IMG/VR virus record: IMGVR_UViG_3300022848_000005 | Origin: a virus | Lineage: Duplodnaviria > Caudoviricetes | DNA length: 64,000 nt | Reading direction: 5' to 3' (one strand) | In this document: positions 17,232 to 26,064 of the stretch, in pieces | How positions within the stretch are numbered: position 1 is the first letter of the stretch | Layout of the letters: the number at the start of each line of letters is the position of its first letter | Translations under genes and position numbers: made by a program | Notes under the pieces: generated by a model | Told to the model about the DNA's origin: nothing | Database searches by the model: none | What the model saw: only the letters and a program-made list of their open reading frames with translations

Positions 17232-18917
17232 ATGGCTTGGAAAAAATATTTTAAAATAAGCAATGACGTAGATACTGGGTACATTTCAGAATCTGCTAAA
17301 CCGACCCCTGGATTCCGTAACTATCAGAGCCAACTACCTGAAGTTTATATCGGACACCCTAATCGTGTTGAGCGTTATTCTCAGTACGAGCAAATGGACA
17401 TGGACTCTGAAGTCAATGCGGCTCTAGACACTATCGCAGAGTTCTGTACTCAGAAGAATATTGAAAACAACACTGCTTTTGACCTTGTATTCAAAGAAAC
17501 GCCTAGTGATAGCGAAATTAAAATTATTAAAGAACAACTGCAAAACTGGTGTAGTCTAAACAAACTAGACCAACGTATGTTTAAGATGTTTAGGAACGTG
17601 TTAAAGTACGGTGACCAGGTATTTGTTAGAGATCCAGAAACATTTGAAATGTACTGGGTTGAGATGTCAAAGATTGTTAAGGTCATTGTTAACGAAAGCG
17701 ACGGCAAAAGACCAGAGCAGTATGTTGTTAAAGACCTAAACCCTAACTTTCAGAACTTAACAGTTTCAGCAGTTACCACCAGCGATGTATATACCAACCG
17801 CCCACAAGTAGGTGGTCCTAATGGTGCTTACATACAACCCAATGCACCTTATGGTAGCGGTGGCTCACGTTTTACTAATGCACAAAACGAGTCTGTTGTT
17901 AATGCTGAACACGTTGTACACACTAGTCTGACAGAGGGGTTAGATGTTAATTGGCCCTTTGGAAATAGCATTTTAGAGAACGTTTTTAAAGTCTTTAAGC
18001 AGAAAGAACTACTTGAAGACGCTATTATTATATACAGGGTACAAAGAGCCCCAGAGCGTAGAGTATTTTATGTTGATGTGGGTAACATGCCAGCACATAT
18101 GGCTATGGCATTTGTTGAGCGTGTTAAAAACGAGATACATCAACGTAGAATACCAACACAAACTGGTGGCGGCACTAACATGATGGATGCCACATATAAT
18201 CCACTCAGTATTAACGAAGACTATTTCTTCCCACAGACCGGAGAAGGTCGTGGGTCTAAAGTAGAAACACTACCAGGTGGGCAGAACCTAGGCGAGATCG
18301 ACGACTTGCGTTTCTTTACAAACAAGTTGTTTAGAGGCCTACGTATTCCTAGCAGTTATTTGCCAACTGGTCCAGAAGATGGTTCACAATCTGTAAGCGA
18401 TGGGCGTGTAGGTACTGCACTTATTCAGGAATGGAGGTTTAATCAGTATTGTAAACGTCTACAGCGCATGGTTGTCGAAAAACTTGACACAGAGTTTAAG
18501 ATGTTTATGCGTTGGCGTGGCATCAACATAGACAACAGTTTATTTGATTTACACTTTAACGAACCACAAAACTTCAGTAGAAACAGACAAGCAGAGCTAG
18601 ATAACACCCGTATTAATGCGTTCTCTAATTTAGAAGCAGTGCCCTACTTAAGTAAACGCTTTATGTTACAGCGGTTCTTGGGTCTTAGTGAAGAAGAAAT
18701 GCGTGATAACGAAGAGCTCTGGAAAGAAGAAAATGGTACAGATGCTGTACCAGGTATGGACGCAGGATTACGTAGTGTTGGCGTTACGCCAGCAGGTATT
18801 GACGCTGACTTAGAAGTAGCGACTCCTCCAGAGGTACCAGAAGAGAATCCAGAAGCTAACGTAGACGTACCAGCAGGCCCAGAAGCATCTGCAAGTCCGG
18901 TTCCGGTCAGACAATAA
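17232..18917 (+). CDS. gp20: Portal protein
   Basis: YEQMDMDSEVNAALD, LLEDAIIIYRVQRAPERRVFYVDVGNMP and EDYFFP...GRGSKVETLPGGQNLGEIDD motifs. Confidence 0.95.
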   Translation: MAWKKYFKISNDVDTGYISESAKPTPGFRNYQSQLPEVYIGHPNRVERYSQYEQMDMDSEVNAALDTIAEFCTQKNIENNTAFDLVFKETPSDSEIKIIKEQLQNWCSLNKLDQRMFKMFRNVLKYGDQVFVRDPETFEMYWVEMSKIVKVIVNESDGKRPEQYVVKDLNPNFQNLTVSAVTTSDVYTNRPQVGGPNGAYIQPNAPYGSGGSRFTNAQNESVVNAEHVVHTSLTEGLDVNWPFGNSILENVFKVFKQKELLEDAIIIYRVQRAPERRVFYVDVGNMPAHMAMAFVERVKNEIHQRRIPTQTGGGTNMMDATYNPLSINEDYFFPQTGEGRGSKVETLPGGQNLGEIDDLRFFTNKLFRGLRIPSSYLPTGPEDGSQSVSDGRVGTALIQEWRFNQYCKRLQRMVVEKLDTEFKMFMRWRGINIDNSLFDLHFNEPQNFSRNRQAELDNTRINAFSNLEAVPYLSKRFMLQRFLGLSEEEMRDNEELWKEENGTDAVPGMDAGLRSVGVTPAGIDADLEVATPPEVPEENPEANVDVPAGPEASASPVPVRQ

Positions 18918-18931
18918 TAAATAATACTATT

Positions 18932-19150
18932 ATGTTACTAAACGAATTCTTAAAGAAAGATGAAGGCGAAAGTTACCCTAGTAATAACGATGATAACAGC
19001 GTTTATAAACTAAGTGACTTACGTAAGACCAGGCTCACATTGGCACAATTAAATAAGCTCAGGAATATAAGGGACGTTAAAAAAATTGAAAAATCTAAAA
19101 AAATAGAAGACGTTAGGCAACAATATAAGCCCGCACCACAGTCAATGTAA
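18932..19150 (+). CDS. Small head protein (prohead core region)
   Basis: 72 aa between portal and core genes; RKTRLTLAQLNKLR motif; follows a TAAATA. Confidence 0.55.
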   Translation: MLLNEFLKKDEGESYPSNNDDNSVYKLSDLRKTRLTLAQLNKLRNIRDVKKIEKSKKIEDVRQQYKPAPQSM

Positions 19151-19272
19151 TAGCAAAAAGTTATTTGTTTTAGTGTTTTCACACTAAAACTACCCAAAAA
19201 ACCTCCTTTTTGCAGTGTAAATCTGCACCTCCGTTAAATACTACTATAATACTACTATAGGAGTAACTTCGC

Positions 19273-19923
19273 ATGAGTACAAAGTATGAACAGTTGATTG
19301 AATATATCATCAACGAAGAAGAGGATAAGGCAAAAGCACTCTTCCATGATATCGTAGTTCAAACTAGTCGTGACATCTATGAGAATCTAATTGACGAAGA
19401 CGATTTTTCTGAAGAAGAAACAGTGGATGACATGTCAGATGCTATCGAAGCTGATGAAGAAGGTATCAGTGAAGAAGACGACGAGATGGACATGGACGAC
19501 GAAGAAGAGTCAGAAGAGTCAGAAGAGTCAGAGCCAGAAATTGAAGATCGAGTTATGGATCTTGAAGACGCATTAGACCAACTCAAAGCTGAATTTGATG
19601 CCATGTTGGACGATGACGGCGACAAAGAGCCTGAAATGGACATGGAACTGGATATGGGTAACATGGGCGACCAAGAAGAGTCAGTAGAAGAACATGAAGT
19701 TGTTAGAGAATATGTTGATAAAGTTGCTCAGCCTGCTAATAATTCAGAAGCTGTCACATCACCAGTTGCTCGTAAGAACGACATGGGCGGTAAAGCAGTT
19801 GATCCTACCGGTGAAGAAAACGGTGGTTCTACTCCTAAGGTCGCACCAGGTAAGTCTTACAAGAATACCGCTGGTGGCAAAGCACCTTTAGAAAGAGCAC
19901 CTGCCGCTAAGACAGGTGAGTAA
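19273..19923 (+). CDS. Acidic prohead core protein (gp67/gp68 position)
   Basis: Very D/E-rich; IEDRVMDLEDALDQLKAEF motif; lies upstream of the protease. Confidence 0.6.
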   Translation: MSTKYEQLIEYIINEEEDKAKALFHDIVVQTSRDIYENLIDEDDFSEEETVDDMSDAIEADEEGISEEDDEMDMDDEEESEESEESEPEIEDRVMDLEDALDQLKAEFDAMLDDDGDKEPEMDMELDMGNMGDQEESVEEHEVVREYVDKVAQPANNSEAVTSPVARKNDMGGKAVDPTGEENGGSTPKVAPGKSYKNTAGGKAPLERAPAAKTGE

Positions 19924-19946
19924 TTAGAGTTAACTAAGGATAAACA

Positions 19947-20570
19947 ATGACATTACTTAAAGAACATTTAACATTTGATGCGGCCCGTATGGTAACAGAA
20001 GGCTCTGACGATGGTAAAGATATGTTTATGAAAGGTATTTTCATTCAGGGTGGTGTTAAGAATGAAAATAAACGAATTTATCCTGTTTCAGAAATCTCTA
20101 ATGCAGTCAGTACTGTCAATGAACAAATTAAGGGTGGTTACTCCGTTTTAGGCGAAGTTGACCATCCAGATGATTTGAAAATTAACTTAGATCGTGTTAG
20201 CCACATGATTACTGAAATGTGGATGGACGGACCTAATGGTTTTGGTAAATTAAAATTATTACCAACCCCAATGGGACAATTAGTAAAAACTATGTTAGAA
20301 TCGGGCGTCAAACTTGGTGTAAGTTCTAGAGGCAGTGGTCAGGTCTCAGAATCATCAGGAGACGTTAGCGGTTTTGAAATTGTAACAGTAGATGTAGTTG
20401 CACAACCAAGTGCTCCTAACGCATATCCAACAACTGTGTATGAAGGGTTGATGAATATGAGGGGCGGACACAAGGTTCTCGAAATGGCAGCTGATGCCGG
20501 TGCAAATCAAAAAGTACAGAAGTACTTAAAAGAGCAAGTAACACGCTTAATTAAGAACTTAAAAATTTAG
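19947..20570 (+). CDS. gp21: Prohead protease
   Basis: GIFIQGGVKNENKRIYP, LGEVDHP, RVSH, LGVSSRGSG and DVVAQPSAPNA motifs. Confidence 0.95.
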   Translation: MTLLKEHLTFDAARMVTEGSDDGKDMFMKGIFIQGGVKNENKRIYPVSEISNAVSTVNEQIKGGYSVLGEVDHPDDLKINLDRVSHMITEMWMDGPNGFGKLKLLPTPMGQLVKTMLESGVKLGVSSRGSGQVSESSGDVSGFEIVTVDVVAQPSAPNAYPTTVYEGLMNMRGGHKVLEMAADAGANQKVQKYLKEQVTRLIKNLKI

Positions 20571-20579
20571 GAGATCCGT

Positions 20580-21677
20580 ATGTTAGAAGCAATCAAACCA
20601 TTGCTAGATAGCGGAATTATTAACGAAGAAACAGAGATAGCAATTAATGAGGCGTGGGAAGCAAAACTTTCTGAAGCTAAAGAAATTGTTCGTTCTGAAC
20701 TCCGTGAAGAGTTTTCGCAACGCTATGAACATGACAAATCCGTCATGGTTGAGGCTTTAGACAAAATGGTCAACGAGTCTTTATCTAAAGAACTTCAGGA
20801 ATTCGCTGAAGACAAGAAGAGATTAGCAGAAGATAGAGTTAAGTACAACACAAAGATGTCTGAAACAGCAGATAAGTTTAAAGGCTTCTTAGTTGGTAAA
20901 CTAACCGATGAACTCAAAGAGTTACGTGAAGACCGCAAGACAATGGCTGGTACAATGGCCAAAGTTGAGCAGTTCGTTATTCGTCAACTTGCTGAGGAAC
21001 TTAAAGAATTCGAACAGGACAAGAAAGCCATTGTGGAAACAAAGGTCAGACTTGTTACTCGAGCGAAGGAAAAGTTAGATGAACTTAAGACTAAATTCGT
21101 TGCTAGATCTTCCGCATTAGTTAAAGAAACAGTTGCTACAAATCTAGAGTCTGAGTTAACTCAACTCAAAGAAGACATCCAAACAGCTCGTGAGAATATG
21201 TTTGGGCGTAGATTGTTTGAAGCATTTGCAGGCGAATTTGCTGGTACTCACTTAAATGAGAATCAGGAGATTAAAAAACTTATGAGCATTATTGCTCAGA
21301 AGGATGTGAAACTTGCAGAAGCTACACAATCACAAGAGGAAGCTAAGAAATTAGTTGAATCTACAAAGAGCGAAATTAAAGTCATTAAGGAATCTAGTGA
21401 GAGAAAAGAAACACTCAATGGATTACTTAGTACATTAAACAAAGAGAAAGCCACGGTAATGCGTGACTTGCTCGAATCAGTGCAGACCGATAAACTTGGA
21501 TCTGCATTTGACAAGTATTTGCCAGCAGTACTTAATAATTCCAAGATCGAACACGCCGCAAAGCACGTTCTTTCAGAGAACAAAAAAGTAGTAACTGGTG
21601 ATAAAATCACTGCAAAAGACGTTGTTAAGGAAGATGGCACTAATATCATCCAACTAAAGCGTTTAGCAGGGCTATAA
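20580..21677 (+). CDS. gp22: Prohead scaffolding protein
   Basis: Long E/K coiled coil between protease and major capsid gene; FGRRLFEAF motif. Confidence 0.85.
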   Translation: MLEAIKPLLDSGIINEETEIAINEAWEAKLSEAKEIVRSELREEFSQRYEHDKSVMVEALDKMVNESLSKELQEFAEDKKRLAEDRVKYNTKMSETADKFKGFLVGKLTDELKELREDRKTMAGTMAKVEQFVIRQLAEELKEFEQDKKAIVETKVRLVTRAKEKLDELKTKFVARSSALVKETVATNLESELTQLKEDIQTARENMFGRRLFEAFAGEFAGTHLNENQEIKKLMSIIAQKDVKLAEATQSQEEAKKLVESTKSEIKVIKESSERKETLNGLLSTLNKEKATVMRDLLESVQTDKLGSAFDKYLPAVLNNSKIEHAAKHVLSENKKVVTGDKITAKDVVKEDGTNIIQLKRLAGL

Positions 21678-21708
21678 ATTAATAAATTATTATTAGGAGA
21701 AAACTGAA

Positions 21709-22893
21709 ATGTCAGATAATTTACTAGAAGGCCGTTGGGGTGAGACCAAAGAAGCTCTGTTAGAAGGTTTACAAGGTTCCCGCCGTACAACAATGTCTTC
21801 CATATTGGAAAACACAAGAAAGCACTTAGCAGAATCCGCCACTGGCGGTGCAACAACTAGTGGTAACGTTGCAACTCTTAACCGAGTTATTCTTCCCGTA
21901 ATTAGACGAGTTATGCCAACTGTTATTGCCAACGAAATTGTTGGAGTACAGCCAATGACTGGTCCAGTTGCACAGATTCACACATTACGTGTGCGTTACG
22001 CTGAAACAGCAACATCTACAGCAAGTGCACCGTTTAATACAAACACAACATCAGGTGACGAAGCACTTTCACCATTCAAAATTGCCACAGCATACTCTGG
22101 TTCAACATCAACTGGTCGTGCAGACAGCACAGCATCATTTGAAGGTTCACCAGGACGTAAGATCAACGTTCAGATCTTAAAGCAAGTTGTTGAAGCTAAA
22201 ACACGTAAGCTATCAGCTCGTTGGACATTTGAAGCCGCACAAGACGCACAGTCAATGCACGGTTTAGATGTTGAAGCAGAGATTATGGCTGCATTAGCTC
22301 AAGAGATCACTGTTGAAATTGACCAGGAAGTACTTGGTTCTTTACGTAGCCTTGCGGCAACTGAAGAAACATACAACCAGGCAGCAGTATCTGGTACAGC
22401 TACTTACGTTGGTGACGAGCATGCCGCATTGGCAGTTCTTATCAACAGAACAGCAAACAAGATTGCACAAAGAACAAGACGTGGTGCAGGTAACTGGGCA
22501 GTTGTTTCCCCAGCCGCACTAACAGTTTTACAGAGTGCAACAACATCAGCTTTCGCACGGACAACTGAAGGCACATTTGAAGCACCTACAAACACTAAGT
22601 TTGTTGGTACACTAAATGGCGCAATGAAAGTTTATGTTGATAGCTATGCAAGTGACTCAACCGCAGTTCTAGTTGGTTATAAGGGTTCAAGCGAGGCAGA
22701 TGCCGCGGCTTTCTATTGCCCATATATTCCATTAATGAGCAGTGGAGTTGTTCTTGATCCAGCAACGTTTGAGCCAGTAGTTGGCTTTATGACTCGCTAC
22801 GGATACGTAGAGCTCACAAATTCCGCTTCATCGCTCGGTAACGCCGGCGATTATCTGGGTGAAATTGCCATAAGCAATTTGTCCTTCTCATAA
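21709..22893 (+). CDS. gp23: Major capsid protein
   Basis: RRVMPTVIANEIVGVQPMTGP, VEAKTRKLSARWTFEAAQD, TRRGAGNW, FYCPYIPL and FMTRYG motifs. Confidence 0.97.
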   Translation: MSDNLLEGRWGETKEALLEGLQGSRRTTMSSILENTRKHLAESATGGATTSGNVATLNRVILPVIRRVMPTVIANEIVGVQPMTGPVAQIHTLRVRYAETATSTASAPFNTNTTSGDEALSPFKIATAYSGSTSTGRADSTASFEGSPGRKINVQILKQVVEAKTRKLSARWTFEAAQDAQSMHGLDVEAEIMAALAQEITVEIDQEVLGSLRSLAATEETYNQAAVSGTATYVGDEHAALAVLINRTANKIAQRTRRGAGNWAVVSPAALTVLQSATTSAFARTTEGTFEAPTNTKFVGTLNGAMKVYVDSYASDSTAVLVGYKGSSEADAAAFYCPYIPLMSSGVVLDPATFEPVVGFMTRYGYVELTNSASSLGNAGDYLGEIAISNLSFS

Positions 22894-22945
22894 TTGTAGA
22901 AGTCAAAACGCAACAAAAAATTCCTGTTCGGAATGGGATACAAGG

Positions 22946-22969
22946 AAGGGGTCGCAAGGCCCCTTTTTT
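22946..22969 (+). terminator. Intrinsic terminator after gp23
   Basis: AAGGGGTC-GCAA-GGCCCCTT followed by a T run. Confidence 0.85.
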
Positions 22970-22977
22970 GTGGCTAA

Positions 22978-23121
22978 AAGAAGCAGTCAGCAGAAACCAT
23001 CGCTAAAAAAGCAGAATTATTGCGTGGACAGCCCAGAGAGAAACGTTATTGTCAACATTGTGACAGGCAGATCTCACTTGGTTGGTACAATAGACACAGT
23101 GACAACTGTAAGTCAAAATAA
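22978..23121 (+). pseudogene. 3' remnant of a homing endonuclease gene
   Basis: Start-less frame KKQSAETIAKKAELLRGQPREKRYCQHCDRQISLGWYNRHSDNCKSK*, resembling a NUMOD3-like repeat plus a CxxC..H..C zinc tail; preceded by an in-frame TAA. Confidence 0.6.
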
Positions 23122-23122
23122 C

Positions 23123-23153
23123 TTGACTTAACTCCCGACTTACTGTATAAATA
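23123..23153 (+). promoter_or_regulatory. Overlapping sigma70-like and T4-late promoter driving the riboswitch leader
   Basis: TTGACT, 17-nt spacer, TATAAA; the same -10 extends to TATAAATA. Confidence 0.65.
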
Positions 23154-23159
23154 TATATA

Positions 23160-23210
23160 CGTTCAGGCAATAGCCCGGAAGTAGACTTTACTATTAGTCG
23201 AAGGAACGCA
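23160..23210 (+). promoter_or_regulatory. Glutamine riboswitch aptamer 1 (glnA class)
   Basis: CGTTC-[GGC AATA GCC]-CGGAAGTAG-[ACT..AGT]-CGAAGGAACGC: three-way junction with the E-loop consensus. Confidence 0.8.
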
Positions 23211-23215
23211 TTATC

Positions 23216-23267
23216 ATCGTTCATCTCAAAAGAGACGGAAGTAGGTAATGGTTACCGAAGGAACGCA
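23216..23267 (+). promoter_or_regulatory. Glutamine riboswitch aptamer 2 (glnA class)
   Basis: ATCGTTC-[TCTC AAAA GAGA]-CGGAAGTAG-[GTAA TGG TTAC]-CGAAGGAACGC. Confidence 0.85.
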
Positions 23268-23294
23268 CCTAACTGTAAGAAGGAGGGTGTTGAC

Positions 23295-23396
23295 ATGACA
23301 TTGTGGACTCGATATTGTAGAGCTCATGCACAACAAGACTATCATAAGGCTTGTATGCTTAAATTGTTTCTGTTACGTGCATTTGTACACTACTAA
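23295..23396 (+). CDS. 33-aa small protein downstream of the riboswitch
   Basis: AGGAGG at 23281-23286, then MTLWTRYCRAHAQQDYHKACMLKLFLLRAFVHY*, then a terminator. It is below the ORF-track length cutoff. Confidence 0.7.
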   Translation: MTLWTRYCRAHAQQDYHKACMLKLFLLRAFVHY

Positions 23397-23413
23397 TAAG
23401 TAAGCATCAATTT

Positions 23414-23440
23414 AAGGGATCGAAATTTGATCCCTTTCTT
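23414..23440 (+). terminator. Intrinsic terminator after the small ORF
   Basis: AAGGGATCGA-AAT-TTGATCCCTT followed by TCTT. Confidence 0.7.
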
Positions 23441-23577
23441 ATGGCTTCATAATCTATAAATACTACTGTTCAGTAGTTAGGTAAACAGGAAAATTTTTCC
23501 TGTCCAAACTGACTTATGCTGTTCCCACAGCGTAGCGACTAGAACTCGCATTGGACTTCTTAACAAGGAGAAAACAA

Positions 23578-24012
23578 ATGGGAAGACCTATTAAAACTGC
23601 CGAATCAGTTGGCGGCAATCTTAAAGTAGCATCAGCATCAACAGCATTACCAATTGGTTCAAATGCTCTAAGTGGCAATCAAATAGTTATGAAAGCATAC
23701 ATTACAGGCGGTAGTGTTCAAGACACAACACTAGTTCTACAAAAAGGAACAAAGAAATTCCGTTGTACAAATAGTGATGGAACCGAGTCTCTGCAATTAA
23801 CATCAGTAGTGCATGGTTCATTAGCACAAGGACAATGTCAGATTACTGGTACAGATAGTGCCGGTGGTACTTACTTTGCAAGTAAAATTACAGGACGTCA
23901 TTTTCATGTAGGCAATCTTGGAACAGGATCACAATTTGCAGTTGGTGATAAGGCTTTATTAGTCGCATCAGGACCAGAAGCAAATGTAAGTGTTTCAGTA
24001 CCGAACAGTTAA
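23578..24012 (+). CDS. Hypothetical virion (head decoration-like) protein
   Basis: ATG after AAGGAG (MGRPIKTAES...), downstream of a late-promoter motif. Confidence 0.55.
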   Translation: MGRPIKTAESVGGNLKVASASTALPIGSNALSGNQIVMKAYITGGSVQDTTLVLQKGTKKFRCTNSDGTESLQLTSVVHGSLAQGQCQITGTDSAGGTYFASKITGRHFHVGNLGTGSQFAVGDKALLVASGPEANVSVSVPNS

Positions 24013-24027
24013 TATTTTTTTAACAGT

Positions 24028-24064
24028 AAAGGCTACAGTGATAATTACAGTGTAGCCTTTTTTT
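24028..24064 (+). terminator. Intrinsic terminator
   Basis: AAAGGCTACA...TGTAGCCTTT followed by a T run. Confidence 0.75.
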
Positions 24065-24649
24065 ATGACACCAATAGCATTTATTATCGGAAACGGACGT
24101 AGCAGACTAGATGTAGACCTTAATACACTACGAGGTCGAGGCATGACCTACGGCTGTAATGCACTATACCGGGACTTTGTTCCTGACGTACTGATAGCAA
24201 CTGATAACGGTATTGCTAAAGAAATACAAGAATCAGGATATGCTAACACAAATAGATTCTATACCAGAAGACCACAAGAAGGATCAGGAGCGAAACCTAT
24301 AGAATACAATTATGGATGGTCAAGTGGACAAGTTGCACTAAGTTATGCCGCCCACGCAAAGCACAGTTATTTGTATATGATTGGATTTGATTTAGCAGGG
24401 CTTGACAGCAATACCAAGTTTAATAATGTATATGCAGGCACTGACCACTATAAAAGATCGGAAGAGCGAGCAACATTTTACGGTAACTGGTTAAAACAGA
24501 TACATCAAACAGCTACAGAGTTTAAAAATACAAGGTTTGTTAGGGTAATTTCAGAGTCTGGATATGAGCCACCAGAGCTTGGTCCTTTAAAAAACCTGCA
24601 ACACATGTCTACAACTGACTTTAAAACTGTACTAAATACATTGAAATAG
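24065..24649 (+). CDS. Hypothetical protein, Maf/DUF115(MptE-like)-type fold
   Basis: FIIGNGRSR, YGCNALYRDFVPDVLIATD, SSG and YMIGFD motifs. Confidence 0.55.
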   Translation: MTPIAFIIGNGRSRLDVDLNTLRGRGMTYGCNALYRDFVPDVLIATDNGIAKEIQESGYANTNRFYTRRPQEGSGAKPIEYNYGWSSGQVALSYAAHAKHSYLYMIGFDLAGLDSNTKFNNVYAGTDHYKRSEERATFYGNWLKQIHQTATEFKNTRFVRVISESGYEPPELGPLKNLQHMSTTDFKTVLNTLK

Positions 24650-24660
24650 GTAGAAAAAGA

Positions 24661-25314
24661 ATGTCCACAACCAAACGAGTTTCCGGTGATTACCATATAA
24701 GTTCAGTAGATGTAAGTACTGATAATGTTATTATTACGACACACACAGTTACGGTTAACGGTAACCTAACAGTTACGGGAACAACTACATCTGTTGAAAC
24801 AACTAACACAGAAGTATCAGATAACACAATTACGCTTAATAGTGGCGAGGCTGGTGCGGGCGTTACTGCTGGAACAAGTGGTATTGAAGTTGAACGAGGA
24901 TCTTTAACAAACGCTAAATTTGTTTTTGATGAAACATCGGACACCTGGCAAGTTGATAACGGAACAGGATCATTAGCCACTGTTCTTACGGTAGGCGGTG
25001 CAGGTATTGCCAGCGTTGTTGAAGACACAACGCCCCAACTAGGCGGTAATTTAGACATTAACGGTTTTAATATTACTAGTTCAAGATCCAACGAGGATGT
25101 CGTTATTGATCCTAATGGCACTGGTAAACTGGAAGTAGCAAGTGAACTAAAATTATTGGAAGTAGGGAGCGATCCCTCAGCAGTAGCAACACATACTTTT
25201 GTTTATGCAAAGAATCCGGGTGCAGGGCAAACAGGATTATATGTAGCAAACGCTACAAGAACAGACGAAGTAGCCTCAAATAAGAGAGCTAGATTATACG
25301 GATTAATTTTTTAA
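24661..25314 (+). CDS. Virion structural/fibre-related protein
   Basis: T/G/N-rich; NGNLTVTGTTTSV..DNTITLN..GIEVERG module shared with the large fibre. Confidence 0.6.
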   Translation: MSTTKRVSGDYHISSVDVSTDNVIITTHTVTVNGNLTVTGTTTSVETTNTEVSDNTITLNSGEAGAGVTAGTSGIEVERGSLTNAKFVFDETSDTWQVDNGTGSLATVLTVGGAGIASVVEDTTPQLGGNLDINGFNITSSRSNEDVVIDPNGTGKLEVASELKLLEVGSDPSAVATHTFVYAKNPGAGQTGLYVANATRTDEVASNKRARLYGLIF

Positions 25315-25326
25315 TAGGAACATAGA

Positions 25327-25635
25327 ATGGCAATAGAAAATACAGCAGTAGGTGCTACCAATACAGACATTTACACCTCAACCGGAGAGACTTGTGCTAT
25401 AACCATGTATTTTTGTAACTATAGCGGTGCAGGTAGGACTATATCTTTATACGTAGTACCTAGCGGAGACAGTGCCGATAATACTACTATTATTATTAAA
25501 GATGTTGCAATTACTGCATCCGACACATATATATTATCTGGTGACAGGATAATTCTTGATAATGGCGACAAAGTTATTGCCATTGCTGACGCAGGCTCGG
25601 CTATAACTGCAACAGTAAGTTATGTGAGCGTATAA
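25327..25635 (+). CDS. Small virion structural protein
   Basis: 102-aa beta-rich ORF with an RBS in the structural operon. Confidence 0.55.
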   Translation: MAIENTAVGATNTDIYTSTGETCAITMYFCNYSGAGRTISLYVVPSGDSADNTTIIIKDVAITASDTYILSGDRIILDNGDKVIAIADAGSAITATVSYVSV

Positions 25636-26054
25636 TGGCTAAACCAGGAAAATACGTAAAGAATCCTGAAGTTGCTGGTGCTGGTGCTGGTGCGATTAGG
25701 ATACCGGTAGGAACATCAGCTGATCGACCTACAGCGCCAATAAACGGACAGTTACGCTACAATACAACAGCTAACGTGATGGAGATGTATGTTAACAGTG
25801 CATGGGCGACACTTGGTGTAGTTGGCTTAGTGACTATCACAAAAGACACATTTACCGGTGACGGTTCCACCACAGCATACACGATGTCAATTAGTGTTGC
25901 AAACGAGCAAGATATTATTGTGCATGTTGGTAATGTTCACCAAAACCCAGATGTTGCTTACACAATAAGTGGGACCACACTTACATTTACGAGTCCTCCA
26001 CCAGATACGCATACAATTATAGTACAGCACGGTTACAATAGTACTAGTGCGTAA
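25635..26054 (+). CDS. Virion structural protein
   Basis: IRIPVGTSADRP..GQLRYNT module plus FTGDGSTTAYT..VHQNP..YTISGTTLTF module. Confidence 0.6.
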   Translation: MAKPGKYVKNPEVAGAGAGAIRIPVGTSADRPTAPINGQLRYNTTANVMEMYVNSAWATLGVVGLVTITKDTFTGDGSTTAYTMSISVANEQDIIVHVGNVHQNPDVAYTISGTTLTFTSPPPDTHTIIVQHGYNSTSA

Positions 26055-26064
26055 AGGATAAAAC

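Noticed and set aside
19503-19533. GAAGAGTCA tandem repeat; likewise the 18-nt APAAVS repeat in gp32 (about 61351-61398)
   Set aside because: Ordinary in-frame slippage in disordered linkers.
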